From the NCBI RefSeq assembly GCF_006345805.1, contig NC_043005.1:58404001-58468000 (forward strand): a DNA stretch of 64,000 bases. Direction: 5' to 3'. This document shows, in pieces, positions 63,997 through 64,000 of this stretch. A program made the position numbers and the translations under genes. The notes beneath the pieces were generated by a model. That model did no database searches. It saw only the letters and a program-made list of their open reading frames with translations, and was not told where the DNA came from. Origin of the DNA: Octopus sinensis (Eukaryota). Numbering within the stretch: position 1 is the first letter of the stretch; each line of letters opens with the position of its first letter.

Positions 63997-64000
63997 GTAA
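63997..64000 (+). CDS. CFAP65: possible start of the next CFAP65 exon
   Basis: tatatttcag|GTA A gives Val then an A-initiated codon, matching the phase-0 join and recalled human VN(APF); only 4 nt visible. Confidence 0.35.

Overview
Eukaryotic, AT-rich, repeat-saturated animal genomic DNA. The SINE families and microsatellite load look like an Octopus-type cephalopod (inference from recalled repeat sequences, not checked). The whole window appears to lie inside one + strand gene. Four small exons (10413-10543, 26748-26862, 28752-28836, 32315-32463) splice GT-AG in one reading frame and align in order to the N-terminal part of CFAP65/CCDC108; a probable next exon starts 4 nt before the window end. 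The introns hold dozens of tRNA-derived SINEs, Tc1/mariner, piggyBac-type and Helitron remnants, RTE, CR1-like and RLE-type LINE fragments, and microsatellites that explain nearly all ORFs in the supplied track. The most interesting signal is a set of small non-coding retro-cassettes carrying type I hammerhead ribozyme folds: a near-complete one at 52883-52932 inside a multi-hairpin ~410 bp unit, a tandem pair at 60956-61215, and several decayed cores. These sit alongside two more-than-unit-length direct-repeat cassettes and a Penelope-like GIY-YIG endonuclease fragment, together suggesting a retrozyme/Penelope-like system. All folds and alignments were done by eye; activity, copy number and novelty are untested.
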